Shown here one piece after another: positions 37,736-47,117 of a stretch of DNA of 64,000 bases; within the stretch, counting starts at the first letter, position 1, and each line of letters starts with the position of its first letter. The stretch covers positions 48,768 through 112,767 of the forward strand of contig JBDRJK010000021.1 of NCBI GenBank assembly GCA_043814985.1, read 5' to 3'. A program made the position numbers and the translations under genes. This DNA comes from Candidatus Aenigmatarchaeota archaeon. Its GTDB lineage: Archaea; Aenigmatarchaeota; Aenigmatarchaeia; Aenigmatarchaeales; Aenigmatarchaeaceae. Below the pieces are notes generated by a model. The model saw nothing but the letters and a program-made list of their open reading frames with translations. It was not told where the DNA came from and ran no database searches.

Positions 37736-38389
37736 ATGAAAAATAGCCTTATAGCATCCCTGATAATTATTTTGGTTTCGTTCCTGACAAGTCTATACTT
37801 CTATCCACAGTTACCAGAAAATCTTGCTTCCCACTGGAACGCACAAGGAGAGGTGGACGGTTACATGTTAAGGTTCTGGAGCCTGTTTTTGATGCCCATT
37901 ATCTCCTCTATATTGCTAGCAGTACTTTTGATAGTACCCAAGATAGACCCACTCAAGAAGAATATAGAGAAGTTCAAAAATTATTTTAACAATTTTATTG
38001 TGTTTATTTTATTATTCCTTTTCTACATACAACTGCTCACTCTCTTCTGGAATAAAGGAATAAGATTCGACATGGTGCAGCTCATAATACCTCCCATTGG
38101 TTTGGTTTTCTATTACGCGGGTATATTGGCAGAGAACTCAAAGAGGAACTGGTTCATAGGCATAAGGACGCCATGGACACTGAGCGACGAGAGGGTCTGG
38201 AACAAGGTAAACAAAAGGGGCGGCAAGATATTCAAGGTTTCCGGCATAATAGCCATTTTTTCAATGCTGGTTCCTGAATATGGAATATTTCTTCTTATTG
38301 TTCCAGTAATAACAGGCTCCATCTATCTGGTTGCCTACTCCTATTTTGAATACATGAGACTCAACAGGGGAAACATGCGGAGAAGGTAG
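37736..38389 (+). CDS. SdpI/DUF1648 family membrane protein
   Basis: LP..LASHWNAQGEVDG and NWFIGIRTPWTLS.E.VW motifs. Confidence 0.9.
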   Translation: MKNSLIASLIIILVSFLTSLYFYPQLPENLASHWNAQGEVDGYMLRFWSLFLMPIISSILLAVLLIVPKIDPLKKNIEKFKNYFNNFIVFILLFLFYIQLLTLFWNKGIRFDMVQLIIPPIGLVFYYAGILAENSKRNWFIGIRTPWTLSDERVWNKVNKRGGKIFKVSGIIAIFSMLVPEYGIFLLIVPVITGSIYLVAYSYFEYMRLNRGNMRRR

Positions 38390-38444
38390 ATTGATAAGGT
38401 TTATATAGGATAGTTTTAAATAATCATTTGAAATTAGTGATGCT

Positions 38445-38621
38445 ATGAAAACAGAATACACAAGGTTTGAAAGGGCAAGGATGATCGGTTCAAGGGCTCT
38501 GCAGATATCAAGAGGAGCTCCGTTAATGCTCAAGACAAAGTTGAAGGACCCAATCGAGATTGCTCAAATGGAGTTTGAAAAGGGCATAATACCGATTGAT
38601 ATCAAAAGAAGTAATTTATAA
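38445..38621 (+). CDS. rpoK: RNA polymerase subunit K (Rpo6)
   Basis: Read manually: YTRFERARMIGSRALQISRGAP...DPIEIA..E; not in the ORF track. Confidence 0.95.
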   Translation: MKTEYTRFERARMIGSRALQISRGAPLMLKTKLKDPIEIAQMEFEKGIIPIDIKRSNL

Positions 38622-38641
38622 AAGAAATTCAAATTAGTATC

Positions 38642-39796
38642 ATGATAAAGGATATCAGAGCATCCCAAGTACTTGATTCTCGGAAAAAGAAAACAGTAAA
38701 AGTTATTCTTAAAACAGACAAAGGAACATATACAGCTTCTGCTGCTTCTGGAACCTCTGAAGGCAAGTACGAGGCCAAGGCTTTGGACATAAAAACTGCT
38801 TTGAAGAATTTCAAAACAATTAAGAAGAAGTTCATCAAAAGAAATGAGAAGGATATTGACAATATAATTGAGGACATAGGAATTGAAAACATTGGCGCTC
38901 ACCTTTCCATATCATTGTCAATCGCAGCTTTCAGGGCTGTTTCAAAGAACAAGGTTTACAGTTTTCTTAATTCCAAGGCAAAGACCTTTCCCTTGCCTTT
39001 GGGAAATGTAATTGGCGGTGGGGCTCACAAGGGTTATACGTCCGAGCAGGAATTCCTAGTTTTTCCGAAGAATGCAAAAACAATGAAAGAGGCTATTGAA
39101 ACAAACCTCTCAATATGGAAAGAGTTCGGAGAAATACTTAAATCCCATGGAATCAAGGCTGGAAACAACTATGAGGGTGCATGGATATGCAAGATGAACG
39201 ATATCCAAGCATTGGAACTTTTGTACGCAGTAGCGAATAGGGAGAATGCAGGGATTGGCATAGATTTCGCAGCTTCTGAATTTTACAAAGACGGCTTCTA
39301 TCACTACAAGCATCTTGATAGGAAGCTCTCCCCAGGGGAGCAGTTGGATTTTGTCTTGAGTCTGATAAACACTTATGACATAAAGTATGTGGAAGACCCG
39401 TTCCATGAGGACGATTTCAAACACTTGACAGAACTTACGAAAAAAACTGATTGCATGATAGTTGGAGACGATTTGTTTGTAACCCAGGCCAAAAGGCTTC
39501 AATTAGGAATAGAGAAGAAGGCAGGAAATGGCATCATAATAAAGCCTGACCAAGCAGGAACTGTTTCAAGGGTTTTGGAAACTGTGAAGCTGGCCAAGAA
39601 GTCAAATTTTTCAACAGTTGTTTCCCATCGTTCAGGAGAGACAATGGACGATTTCATTTCTGATTTGGCTGTTGGTATAGGCTCTCCTCTGATAAAATGT
39701 GGCATCTTTGGTAAGGTCAGGAAAGCAAAGCACGACAGGCTAATGGAGATATGGAAGAAAACCAAGAGTCCCAGAATGGCAAAAATTCAAGCTTAA
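38642..39796 (+). CDS. eno: Enolase (compact, divergent)
   Basis: LDSR, NVIGGGAH, QEF, DFAASEFY, EDPF.E.D, VGDDLFVT and VSHRSGET motifs. Confidence 0.9.
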   Translation: MIKDIRASQVLDSRKKKTVKVILKTDKGTYTASAASGTSEGKYEAKALDIKTALKNFKTIKKKFIKRNEKDIDNIIEDIGIENIGAHLSISLSIAAFRAVSKNKVYSFLNSKAKTFPLPLGNVIGGGAHKGYTSEQEFLVFPKNAKTMKEAIETNLSIWKEFGEILKSHGIKAGNNYEGAWICKMNDIQALELLYAVANRENAGIGIDFAASEFYKDGFYHYKHLDRKLSPGEQLDFVLSLINTYDIKYVEDPFHEDDFKHLTELTKKTDCMIVGDDLFVTQAKRLQLGIEKKAGNGIIIKPDQAGTVSRVLETVKLAKKSNFSTVVSHRSGETMDDFISDLAVGIGSPLIKCGIFGKVRKAKHDRLMEIWKKTKSPRMAKIQA

Positions 39797-39864
39797 AACT
39801 TGCCTAAAGGTATTTTTTTGATATAATAAGATAAGTTTTTTATTCAGGCAATTGATATATAATT

Positions 39865-40137
39865 ATGCCGAAAAGGAAATCTAAAATAGAAATCTATCAA
39901 GAGGAGCAATTAGTTCTCTCAAAACAAAGGACCATTCTATCTTTCATGAGGACTGGTTTGGCTTTTATTACAGCTGGAATTGTTGTTGCCGGTTTCTTCC
40001 AAGACTTTGAAACAGCACAGATAGTGGGCTTTATTCTTATGGGGATTGGTTTCATAGAAGTTTTCGAATCTATCAGAAGATTGATACAAAAGCAAAAAGA
40101 GTATATTTGTGTTAAAAAGAAATTAAAATCTACTTAA
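39865..40137 (+). CDS. DUF202/YidH family membrane protein
   Basis: LSKQRT.LSFMRTGLA followed by two TM segments. Confidence 0.8.
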   Translation: MPKRKSKIEIYQEEQLVLSKQRTILSFMRTGLAFITAGIVVAGFFQDFETAQIVGFILMGIGFIEVFESIRRLIQKQKEYICVKKKLKST

Positions 40138-41536
40138 CTTTCTTCCATCTGGGACCTTCTGGGGAATCTTCAACCCAGTAACCCTTCTCGTTCATCTCTT
40201 TTCTTATTTTATCAGCAGCTTCGAAGTTTCCCATCTTCCTGTGGCCTTCTCTTTTCATTATGAGGTCAGAAATCTCCTTTGGCAGCTTTTCTTTCTTGAT
40301 TTCAATAACAGCCAAAACCTTATCAAACTCTATCATCTGATTAAAAACTTCCTTTAGGTTTTTCTTTGAAAGATTACCCTTGTCTATTGCCTTGTTGGTC
40401 TCATGAATCAACTCGAAGACAGCTGACAATGCCTGAGGAATGTTGAAATCATCATCCATATAGTTCTCGAATTTGCTACTTGCCTCTTCAACCTTTTTAC
40501 TTAGTTTCTGGCTGTATTTTCCCTTGATATCCATCTTGCTAATCCTATCAACAAAATCATTCAAGTTTGAAAGTGTTTTTTCTGCATCCTTGACACTTTC
40601 GTCAGTAAAGTTTAGGGAACTCTTGTAATGTGCTGACATCAAGACATAACGTATTGCTCTTGGGTTATATCCCTTCTTCAATAAGTCTCTTAGTGTGACA
40701 AAGTTACCCAAGGACTTTGACATCTTTTCTCCGTTAACTATCAAATGCTCTATATGCAGCCAATAGTTGACAAATTTCTTGCCTGTAAAAGCTTCTGACT
40801 GAGCGATCTCGTTCTCATGATGGGGAAACATATTATCAACTCCCCCTGTGTGAATGTCAATTGTCTCCCCGAGATACTTCATAGACATTGTGGAACATTC
40901 AATATGCCAACCAGGTCTGGTCTTACCCCATTCGGTTTCATAGAAAATTCCCCTTTTGAGCTCTTCTGTTGTTGACCTCTTCAATAAGACAAAGTCCTGA
41001 GGATTGTCCTTCTCATACTCGTCAACATCAACCCTTGCCCCAGGCTTTATGCCTTTCAAGTCAACCTTAGAAAGTTTTCCATAATCCTTGAATTTGGAAA
41101 TGTCAAAGTATATGCTTCCCATCTTTTCATAGGCATATCCCTTATCTACAAGGGTTTCTATCATCTTAACCATTTCCTTGAAATGCTCAGTTGCCTTGGG
41201 GTACTTGAAAGCCTTTTCTATGTTCAGGGTTTCCAAGTCCTCAAAGAATATCTTAATGTATTTTTCCGTGAACTCCTTTAATGAAATGCCAATTTTCCCA
41301 GAATTTCTTATCGTCTTATCATCAATGTCAGTAATGTTCATGACCTGCTTGACTTTGAAGCCCTTGAACTCAAGATACCTTCTCATCATGTCCTCTATTA
41401 CAAAACTCCTGTGGTTCCCTATGTGGGGAATACCGTAAACAGTAGGACCGCATGTGTACATTGTAATTTGGTTTTTTTTGATAGGTTTGAATAACTCCTT
41501 TCTTCTTGTCAATGTGTTGTAAACTCTTAATACCAT
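40130..41536 (-). CDS. cysS: Cysteinyl-tRNA synthetase
   Basis: CGPTVY, HIGN, RPGWHIECS, FPHHENE and KMSKS motifs. Confidence 0.97.
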   Translation of the reverse strand: MVLRVYNTLTRRKELFKPIKKNQITMYTCGPTVYGIPHIGNHRSFVIEDMMRRYLEFKGFKVKQVMNITDIDDKTIRNSGKIGISLKEFTEKYIKIFFEDLETLNIEKAFKYPKATEHFKEMVKMIETLVDKGYAYEKMGSIYFDISKFKDYGKLSKVDLKGIKPGARVDVDEYEKDNPQDFVLLKRSTTEELKRGIFYETEWGKTRPGWHIECSTMSMKYLGETIDIHTGGVDNMFPHHENEIAQSEAFTGKKFVNYWLHIEHLIVNGEKMSKSLGNFVTLRDLLKKGYNPRAIRYVLMSAHYKSSLNFTDESVKDAEKTLSNLNDFVDRISKMDIKGKYSQKLSKKVEEASSKFENYMDDDFNIPQALSAVFELIHETNKAIDKGNLSKKNLKEVFNQMIEFDKVLAVIEIKKEKLPKEISDLIMKREGHRKMGNFEAADKIRKEMNEKGYWVEDSPEGPRWKKVK

Positions 41537-42439
41537 TCAATCACCAAACAGCTTTGTTGTCAAGTATCGTTCTCCCCCATCGGGTAATATAACAACTATT
41601 GTTTTTCCCTTGCCTAATTCTTTTGCTTTTTGTAATGCGACAAACATGGCAGCTCCAGAACTCATGCCAACAAGTAAGCCCTCTTTCAAGGCTAATTGGC
41701 GTGCTGTTTCAAAAGCATCATCATCCTTTATGAAAACCTTTTCATCCATGGCTTTCCTGTTGTAAATCCCTGGCCTATAAGCCTCTTTCATGCTTTTCAA
41801 TCCCTGGATTTTGTGTCCGAAGAGCGGTTCAACACCAACTATTTTTATATCTGAATTAAATTCCTTTAATCTTTTTCCTGTTCCTGTTATTGTTCCTGTG
41901 GTTCCGATAGCTGAGATGAACATGTCAATCTTTCCATTTGTGTCTTCAATGATTTCCTTCCCTGTTGTTTCATAGTGAGCAAGAACATTATACTTGCTAT
42001 TGAACTGGTCTGGCATGAAATATTTTTCTGGATTCTCTTTGGCCATTTTATATGCTCTTTCTATTGCTCCATCAGTTCCCTTTTCTTTTGGTGTTAGTAG
42101 TATATCTGCTCCCAATGCTTTCAATATTTTTCTCCTTTCAATACTCACAGATTCAGGCATTGTGAACAATACTTTGTAACCTTTAACAGCAGCTACCAAT
42201 GCCAAGCCAATGCCTGTGTTGCCTGAGGTTGGTTCTAGAATTATCTTTTCCTTTGTAAGTTTGCCCTCTTTCTCAGAATATTCAATCATATACCTTGCTA
42301 TTCTATCCTTGACAGAACCGCCTGGATTGAACTTTTCCAGTTTAACCAAAATAGTTGCGTCATTTTCTCCCGTTAAGTTATTTATTTTAACTAAAGGAGT
42401 CTTTCCGATCGTCTCTAAAATAGTGTCGTATATCATCAT
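41537..42439 (-). CDS. cysK: Cysteine synthase (O-acetylserine sulfhydrylase family)
   Basis: NPGGSVKDR, TSGNTG, GTTGT, G.SSG and PDGGERY; SD-like GGTGA before the ATG. Confidence 0.93.
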   Translation of the reverse strand: MMIYDTILETIGKTPLVKINNLTGENDATILVKLEKFNPGGSVKDRIARYMIEYSEKEGKLTKEKIILEPTSGNTGIGLALVAAVKGYKVLFTMPESVSIERRKILKALGADILLTPKEKGTDGAIERAYKMAKENPEKYFMPDQFNSKYNVLAHYETTGKEIIEDTNGKIDMFISAIGTTGTITGTGKRLKEFNSDIKIVGVEPLFGHKIQGLKSMKEAYRPGIYNRKAMDEKVFIKDDDAFETARQLALKEGLLVGMSSGAAMFVALQKAKELGKGKTIVVILPDGGERYLTTKLFGD

Positions 42440-42452
42440 AAAATCACCATGA

Positions 42453-42523
42453 AGCGGGGACCGGGAGTCGAACCCAGGTCTGTTGCTCTGCAGGCAACCG
42501 CATGGCCGTTCTGCCATCCCCGC
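42453..42523 (-). tRNA. tRNA-Cys(GCA)
   Basis: GCGGGGA/TCCCCGC acceptor stem, GTTGC-CT-GCA-GA-GCAAC anticodon arm, U73; CCA not encoded. Confidence 0.94.
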
Positions 42524-42559
42524 ATAATAACAAAGATATTCTTTGTTGAATATAAAATT

Positions 42560-43825
42560 TCATTTTACTATACTAGTTTTTATTTTATGCCTTTTCTTAA
42601 TTACTCTTTCAATTTCTTTCATCATGCCAACGTTTTCAGTAGGGAGATTATAAACCACTCCCTCTTCATCTGGGGTAGGATAATTAGCTTTTATAATGTC
42701 TAATCTTTCCTCAATGCTAGGATAATATCTGATTTCATTCATCAATTTTATTAAAGGTTCTTCTAAATTTGGAGATTCTTCTATTATTGGTTTTCTAAAG
42801 CTTGGTGCGTGTCCTGGTTGCTCAGAATGTTCAGAACCAAGCACATCCAAATAAAAATCACGATATTTGAAAATATTATCCATTGAGATGACTGCAATAG
42901 TCCTCTCTTCTTTATTTCCATCGTATAATGCTTTTGCAATATTAACATTGGTCGATGGAGCAAAAACACGTCCCTCTCTTTCAAATACTCTAACTGCAGC
43001 AGAAAGCGTTAAAGCATCAGAAGACATGTATATCTCTTTTCCATTTAAAAAATATGAAAAATTTTCAGGAGACCAATTACAATCTTCACCTTTAACTTGA
43101 GAAGGGCCTTGCATTAGACTATTTTTTGGTGTTTGTATAGCACTTATTTTTAGATTTTTCAGACCCTTTATCCTTTTGTATTTTTCAGCTGCTCCTGCAG
43201 TTGCACCAGTTCCTAATGCGATAACTAACTCATCAAAATCATAACCACTTTCAAAAATTTTAGGCATCATTATTTGAAGCTGTGCATCTGGGTTTTGTGA
43301 TTGTGAATGTTGAGGAAAATGATAGCTATACGTTTCTAGATCTAGTGAAATCTTTCTTGCAACTCGTATAAGAGGCCATCTTGGACACAATTCTTCAAAT
43401 TCTGGTGATGCCATAGCAATGTCAGAACCTAATACTTTAAAAATTTCTAAAGACTCTTTTGGAATTCTAGAAGAGACTAAATTCAATAAAGGATATTTAT
43501 CATCTTGTCTATTTGCAATAGTAGCTATTTCTATCCCATAATTTCCAGCACCAACAGATAACAGTGTTTTTTCCCTTCTCCCTCTTTTCAGTCTATTATT
43601 ACTAAGTTTAGCATCCTCAAACATATACCATGCAGGATTTCTTTTCCCGTTTTTTAATGGATCATATCCCCAAGGATCTTTCCATTGTGGAAAGACCACA
43701 ACTGTTGAGTTGGTTTCCTCCTGTAGTTTTGTAAGTTCAATTGGTTTTTCAGATTCTAATTCCTTTTTATAAGTCTGAAGAAAATCATCAAAATTGCTTT
43801 CAATATATACTTTTTCTAGTTTCAT
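42560..43825 (-). CDS. Divergent fold-type II PLP enzyme (cysteine synthase-like)
   Basis: DPLKNGKRNPA, GAGNYG, QH...NP.A, LGTGAT and D..FKY echo CysK motifs; SD GGAGGG. Confidence 0.72.
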   Translation of the reverse strand: MKLEKVYIESNFDDFLQTYKKELESEKPIELTKLQEETNSTVVVFPQWKDPWGYDPLKNGKRNPAWYMFEDAKLSNNRLKRGRREKTLLSVGAGNYGIEIATIANRQDDKYPLLNLVSSRIPKESLEIFKVLGSDIAMASPEFEELCPRWPLIRVARKISLDLETYSYHFPQHSQSQNPDAQLQIMMPKIFESGYDFDELVIALGTGATAGAAEKYKRIKGLKNLKISAIQTPKNSLMQGPSQVKGEDCNWSPENFSYFLNGKEIYMSSDALTLSAAVRVFEREGRVFAPSTNVNIAKALYDGNKEERTIAVISMDNIFKYRDFYLDVLGSEHSEQPGHAPSFRKPIIEESPNLEEPLIKLMNEIRYYPSIEERLDIIKANYPTPDEEGVVYNLPTENVGMMKEIERVIKKRHKIKTSIVK

Positions 43826-43997
43826 TCCAATCCCTCCAAGAACTTGTTATTTTTAACTAGAAATCCTACAGAATTAAGACTAGAGAAATCCTTTCTACTT
43901 AATTTGACAAACTAATTCCCCGGCCATGGTGACCCGTTTTATAATGATACCCTTAACTTTAAAAAGCTTTTTATTTAGTCAAACTATAAATTGAATT

Positions 43998-45461
43998 ATG
44001 GTTGACAGGTACAAGCTATATATCAACGGAGAATGGGTAAATTCTGCTTCTGGCGAATTGTTCACAAGAGCTAATCCAGCTGATCCTAATGAGGTTATAG
44101 GAGAATTCCAAAAAGGCAATGAAAAGGACATTGACAAGGCAGTGGATGCAGCTGAGAAAGCCTTTGAGAAGTGGTCCGAGACCCCTGCTCCAAAAAGAGG
44201 GGATATTCTGTTCAAAATAGCCCGGTTATTAGAAGAGCAAAAAGAGGAATTGGCAAAAACAATGACAAGGGAAATGGGAAAGGTTCTTGTTGAGGCAAGA
44301 GGAGATGTTCAGGAAGCAATTGACATGGCCTACTATATGGCAGGGGAAGGAAGGAGATTATTTGGGCATACCACCACTTCCGAGCTAAAGGAAAAGTTTG
44401 CAATGACAGTGAGGAAGCCCTTAGGTGTTTGCGGTTTGATAACTCCATGGAACTTCCCAATAGCTATTCCATCATGGAAGATATTGCCAGCATTGATTTG
44501 TGGTAATACAGTTGTCTTCAAACCATCCTCAGATACACCATTATGCGCAATAAAGTTTGTTGAGGTTCTTGAGAAGGCAGGAGTTCCTAAAGGCGTTGTC
44601 AACATGGTGACTGGACCTGGTGGAAGAGCTGGAATGCATCTGGTCAAGCATGAGAAAGTAAGGGCAATATCATTCACAGGGCACAGGGATACGGGTGCAT
44701 TGTTATTGAAGGAGGCTGGAATCAAGAAAGTGTCATTAGAGTTAGGGGGAAAGAACCCAATAATAATAATGGATGATGCTGACTTGGACTTGGCTGTTGA
44801 TGGAGTTGTATGGGGAGGCTATGGAACAACAGGCCAAAGGTGCACAGCTGCCTCAAGGGTTATAATTCACAGCAAAGTAAAGGCGAATTTTGAGAAAATG
44901 CTTGTCAAGAGAATTGGAAAATTAAAACTAGGAAATGGTTTGAAAAAAGGAACTGATGTCGGGCCTCTGGTCAACAAAGCTGCTCAGGAAAGGTCCAAGA
45001 AATATTCTGAATTAGGAGTAAGAGAGGGAGCAAAATTATTGATTGGTGGAAATATACCTGACATGAAAGGATGGTTCTTTGAGCCGACTTTATTCACAGA
45101 TTGTACAACGGAAATGAGGATTGCGAACGACGAGATATTCGGACCTGTTGTATGCATCCTAGAGGCCAAAGACTTGAATGATGCGATAAGGATCGCCAAC
45201 TCTGTCGAGTACGGGTTAAGCACAGCCATTTACACTAATGATATCAACAAGGCTTTCAAGGCAATTGAGAAGCTAGAGTCTGGTTTGACCTATATCAATT
45301 CTTCCACCATCGGTTCTGAGGTGCATCTGCCTTTCGGAGGAGTAAAGCATACTGGAAACACAAGAGAAGGCGGTATTCTGGGAATAGATGAGTTCTCAGA
45401 GATCAAGACAGTCTTTATTGATTATTCAGGAAAACTTCAAAGAGCGCAAATTGACAATTGA
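43998..45461 (+). CDS. NAD(P)-dependent aldehyde dehydrogenase
   Basis: ITPWNFP, LELGGKNP, GQRCTA, EIFGPV and PFGGVK motifs. Confidence 0.95.
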   Translation: MVDRYKLYINGEWVNSASGELFTRANPADPNEVIGEFQKGNEKDIDKAVDAAEKAFEKWSETPAPKRGDILFKIARLLEEQKEELAKTMTREMGKVLVEARGDVQEAIDMAYYMAGEGRRLFGHTTTSELKEKFAMTVRKPLGVCGLITPWNFPIAIPSWKILPALICGNTVVFKPSSDTPLCAIKFVEVLEKAGVPKGVVNMVTGPGGRAGMHLVKHEKVRAISFTGHRDTGALLLKEAGIKKVSLELGGKNPIIIMDDADLDLAVDGVVWGGYGTTGQRCTAASRVIIHSKVKANFEKMLVKRIGKLKLGNGLKKGTDVGPLVNKAAQERSKKYSELGVREGAKLLIGGNIPDMKGWFFEPTLFTDCTTEMRIANDEIFGPVVCILEAKDLNDAIRIANSVEYGLSTAIYTNDINKAFKAIEKLESGLTYINSSTIGSEVHLPFGGVKHTGNTREGGILGIDEFSEIKTVFIDYSGKLQRAQIDN

Positions 45462-45501
45462 ATGATATAAACTTTTTAAAAGGTGAACAAGTAATAGGTT
45501 T

Positions 45502-45837
45502 ATGGCTGAATTTCCAGACAAGAGAATAGAAATAACTGATAGTACCTTTGAAGAGTCTAAGAAAAAATATCCCTTGTTTATTCTAGACTGTTGGGCAGCA
45601 CGGTGCCCTCCATGCAGAATAATGATTCCTATTGTAGAAAAGCTTGTTGAGGAACATAAAGGAAAGGTTGTTTTTGGAGAATTAGATGTTGATAAAAACA
45701 TGGCTGTTCCTACAAAATACGGAATAATGAGCATACCAACTTTTTTAGTTTTCAAGAACGGAGAATTGATTGATAAAATGGTTGGAGCTATGCCATACGA
45801 AGCTTTAAATTCAAAAATAAAAAATTATTTAGAGTGA
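45502..45837 (+). CDS. trxA: Thioredoxin
   Basis: DCWAARCPPC and YGIMSIPT motifs. Confidence 0.9.
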   Translation: MAEFPDKRIEITDSTFEESKKKYPLFILDCWAARCPPCRIMIPIVEKLVEEHKGKVVFGELDVDKNMAVPTKYGIMSIPTFLVFKNGELIDKMVGAMPYEALNSKIKNYLE

Positions 45838-45841
45838 AACA

Positions 45842-46192
45842 ATGAACATGAAATACGTCTTAGGGGTTATAACAATCATAATTGTAGCTATTCTTCTTTA
45901 TCTATGGGCCAGCACACCTGTTGAACCTAGAGAATATGACGAGTTCGCCAAATGTTTGACTGACAGCGGTGCAGTCATGTATGGAACTGAATGGTGCGGT
46001 CATTGCCAGAATCAGAAAGCAATGTTCGGAAATTCATTCAGTTATGTTAATTATGTAGACTGCGACAACAACAAATTACTATGTGATAATGCTGGAGTTG
46101 AAGGCTATCCAACTTGGAGAATAGACGCTAATAATTATCCAGGCGAGAAGACTTTGCAGGCCCTTTCAGACCTTTCAGGTTGCAGTTTATAA
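45842..46192 (+). CDS. Membrane-anchored thioredoxin-fold protein (CGHC)
   Basis: TM helix, FAKCL, MYG..WCGHC..QK.MFG and GYPTW. Confidence 0.85.
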   Translation: MNMKYVLGVITIIIVAILLYLWASTPVEPREYDEFAKCLTDSGAVMYGTEWCGHCQNQKAMFGNSFSYVNYVDCDNNKLLCDNAGVEGYPTWRIDANNYPGEKTLQALSDLSGCSL

Positions 46193-46241
46193 AATAGTCT
46201 GTAAAAAACAGATACTTTTATTCTAAATCATAAATTATATT

Positions 46242-47117
46242 ATGAAGATAGCTGTTGTGGCATTGGGTGGCAATGCTGTTATCACGACTAAGGAAAGGGG
46301 GACAGTGGAGCAACAGATAAAGCACATTAACCAGACTGTTTCTCATCTGAAGAAATTGTCTAAGAAATACAAACTGGTTTTGACGCATGGCAACGGGCCT
46401 GAAGTCGGAAATCTCTTGATACAGCAGGAAATGGGAAGATCGGAAGTTCCTGCCATGCCTCTGGATGTCTGCGATGCAATGACCCAAGGACAACTAGGAT
46501 ATCTCATACAGAACTGCATCCAAAACATTCTAAGGAAGAAGTCAGTTACAGTATTAACTAGAGTTCAGGTTGACAAGAATGACAAGGCTTTTGAAAGGCC
46601 AACCAAACCCATAGGTCCCTTCTACAAGATAAAGACTGAAAAGAACATGATCAACGAACCCGAAGGCTGGAGGAAAGTTGTCCCATCACCAAAACCAAAG
46701 AGAATAATTGAGATTGAGCAAATCAAGAGCCTGTTAAGACAGGGCTCAATAGTAATAGCATGCGGTGGGGGCGGGATTCCTGTTATTTATGACAATGGGT
46801 TGAAAGGGATAGAGGCTGTAATCGATAAAGATTATTCTTCAGAACTTTTGGCTTCAGAATTAAATGCCGAGATGTTGGTTTTCCTGACTGATGTTCCATA
46901 TGTTTACCTTAACTATAATTCCAAGATTCCTATTGCAATCAAGAAAATGAGCATAAAAGAGGCAAAGGATGTTATGCAGAATTTCAAGGAAGGCTCTATG
47001 AAACCGAAAATAGAGGCTGGCATAAGATTCTTGAGAAAGGGTAAGAAAGTTATAATAACAGAACCAAAACTATTGGATGAGGCTTTGGAAGGCAAGGCAG
47101 GAACTGTGATGGAATGA
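46242..47117 (+). CDS. arcC: Carbamate kinase
   Basis: VALGGNA, THGNGP, PTKPIGPF, VVPSP.P, GGGGIPV, EAVIDKD and GSMKPK motifs. Confidence 0.96.
   Translation: MKIAVVALGGNAVITTKERGTVEQQIKHINQTVSHLKKLSKKYKLVLTHGNGPEVGNLLIQQEMGRSEVPAMPLDVCDAMTQGQLGYLIQNCIQNILRKKSVTVLTRVQVDKNDKAFERPTKPIGPFYKIKTEKNMINEPEGWRKVVPSPKPKRIIEIEQIKSLLRQGSIVIACGGGGIPVIYDNGLKGIEAVIDKDYSSELLASELNAEMLVFLTDVPYVYLNYNSKIPIAIKKMSIKEAKDVMQNFKEGSMKPKIEAGIRFLRKGKKVIITEPKLLDEALEGKAGTVME

Noticed and set aside
38642..39796. Enolase as a possible pseudo-enzyme
   Set aside because: Despite divergent loops, the metal ligands and SHRSGET are retained and the rpoK-eno context is conventional.
42440..42517. N-terminal extension of cysK in the ORF track
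   Set aside because: It is the tRNA-Cys sequence read in frame; the true start is at 42439 or 42436.
3977..42523. Recoded genetic code suggested by the extra synthetases
   Set aside because: Conserved genes end at TAA, TAG and TGA at expected lengths, no in-frame stops were seen, and the tRNAs have standard anticodons.
45592..45615. Thioredoxin WAARCPPC instead of the usual WCxPC
   Set aside because: A single TGG>CGG change with the CxxC intact; cannot be told apart from drift or a sequencing error.
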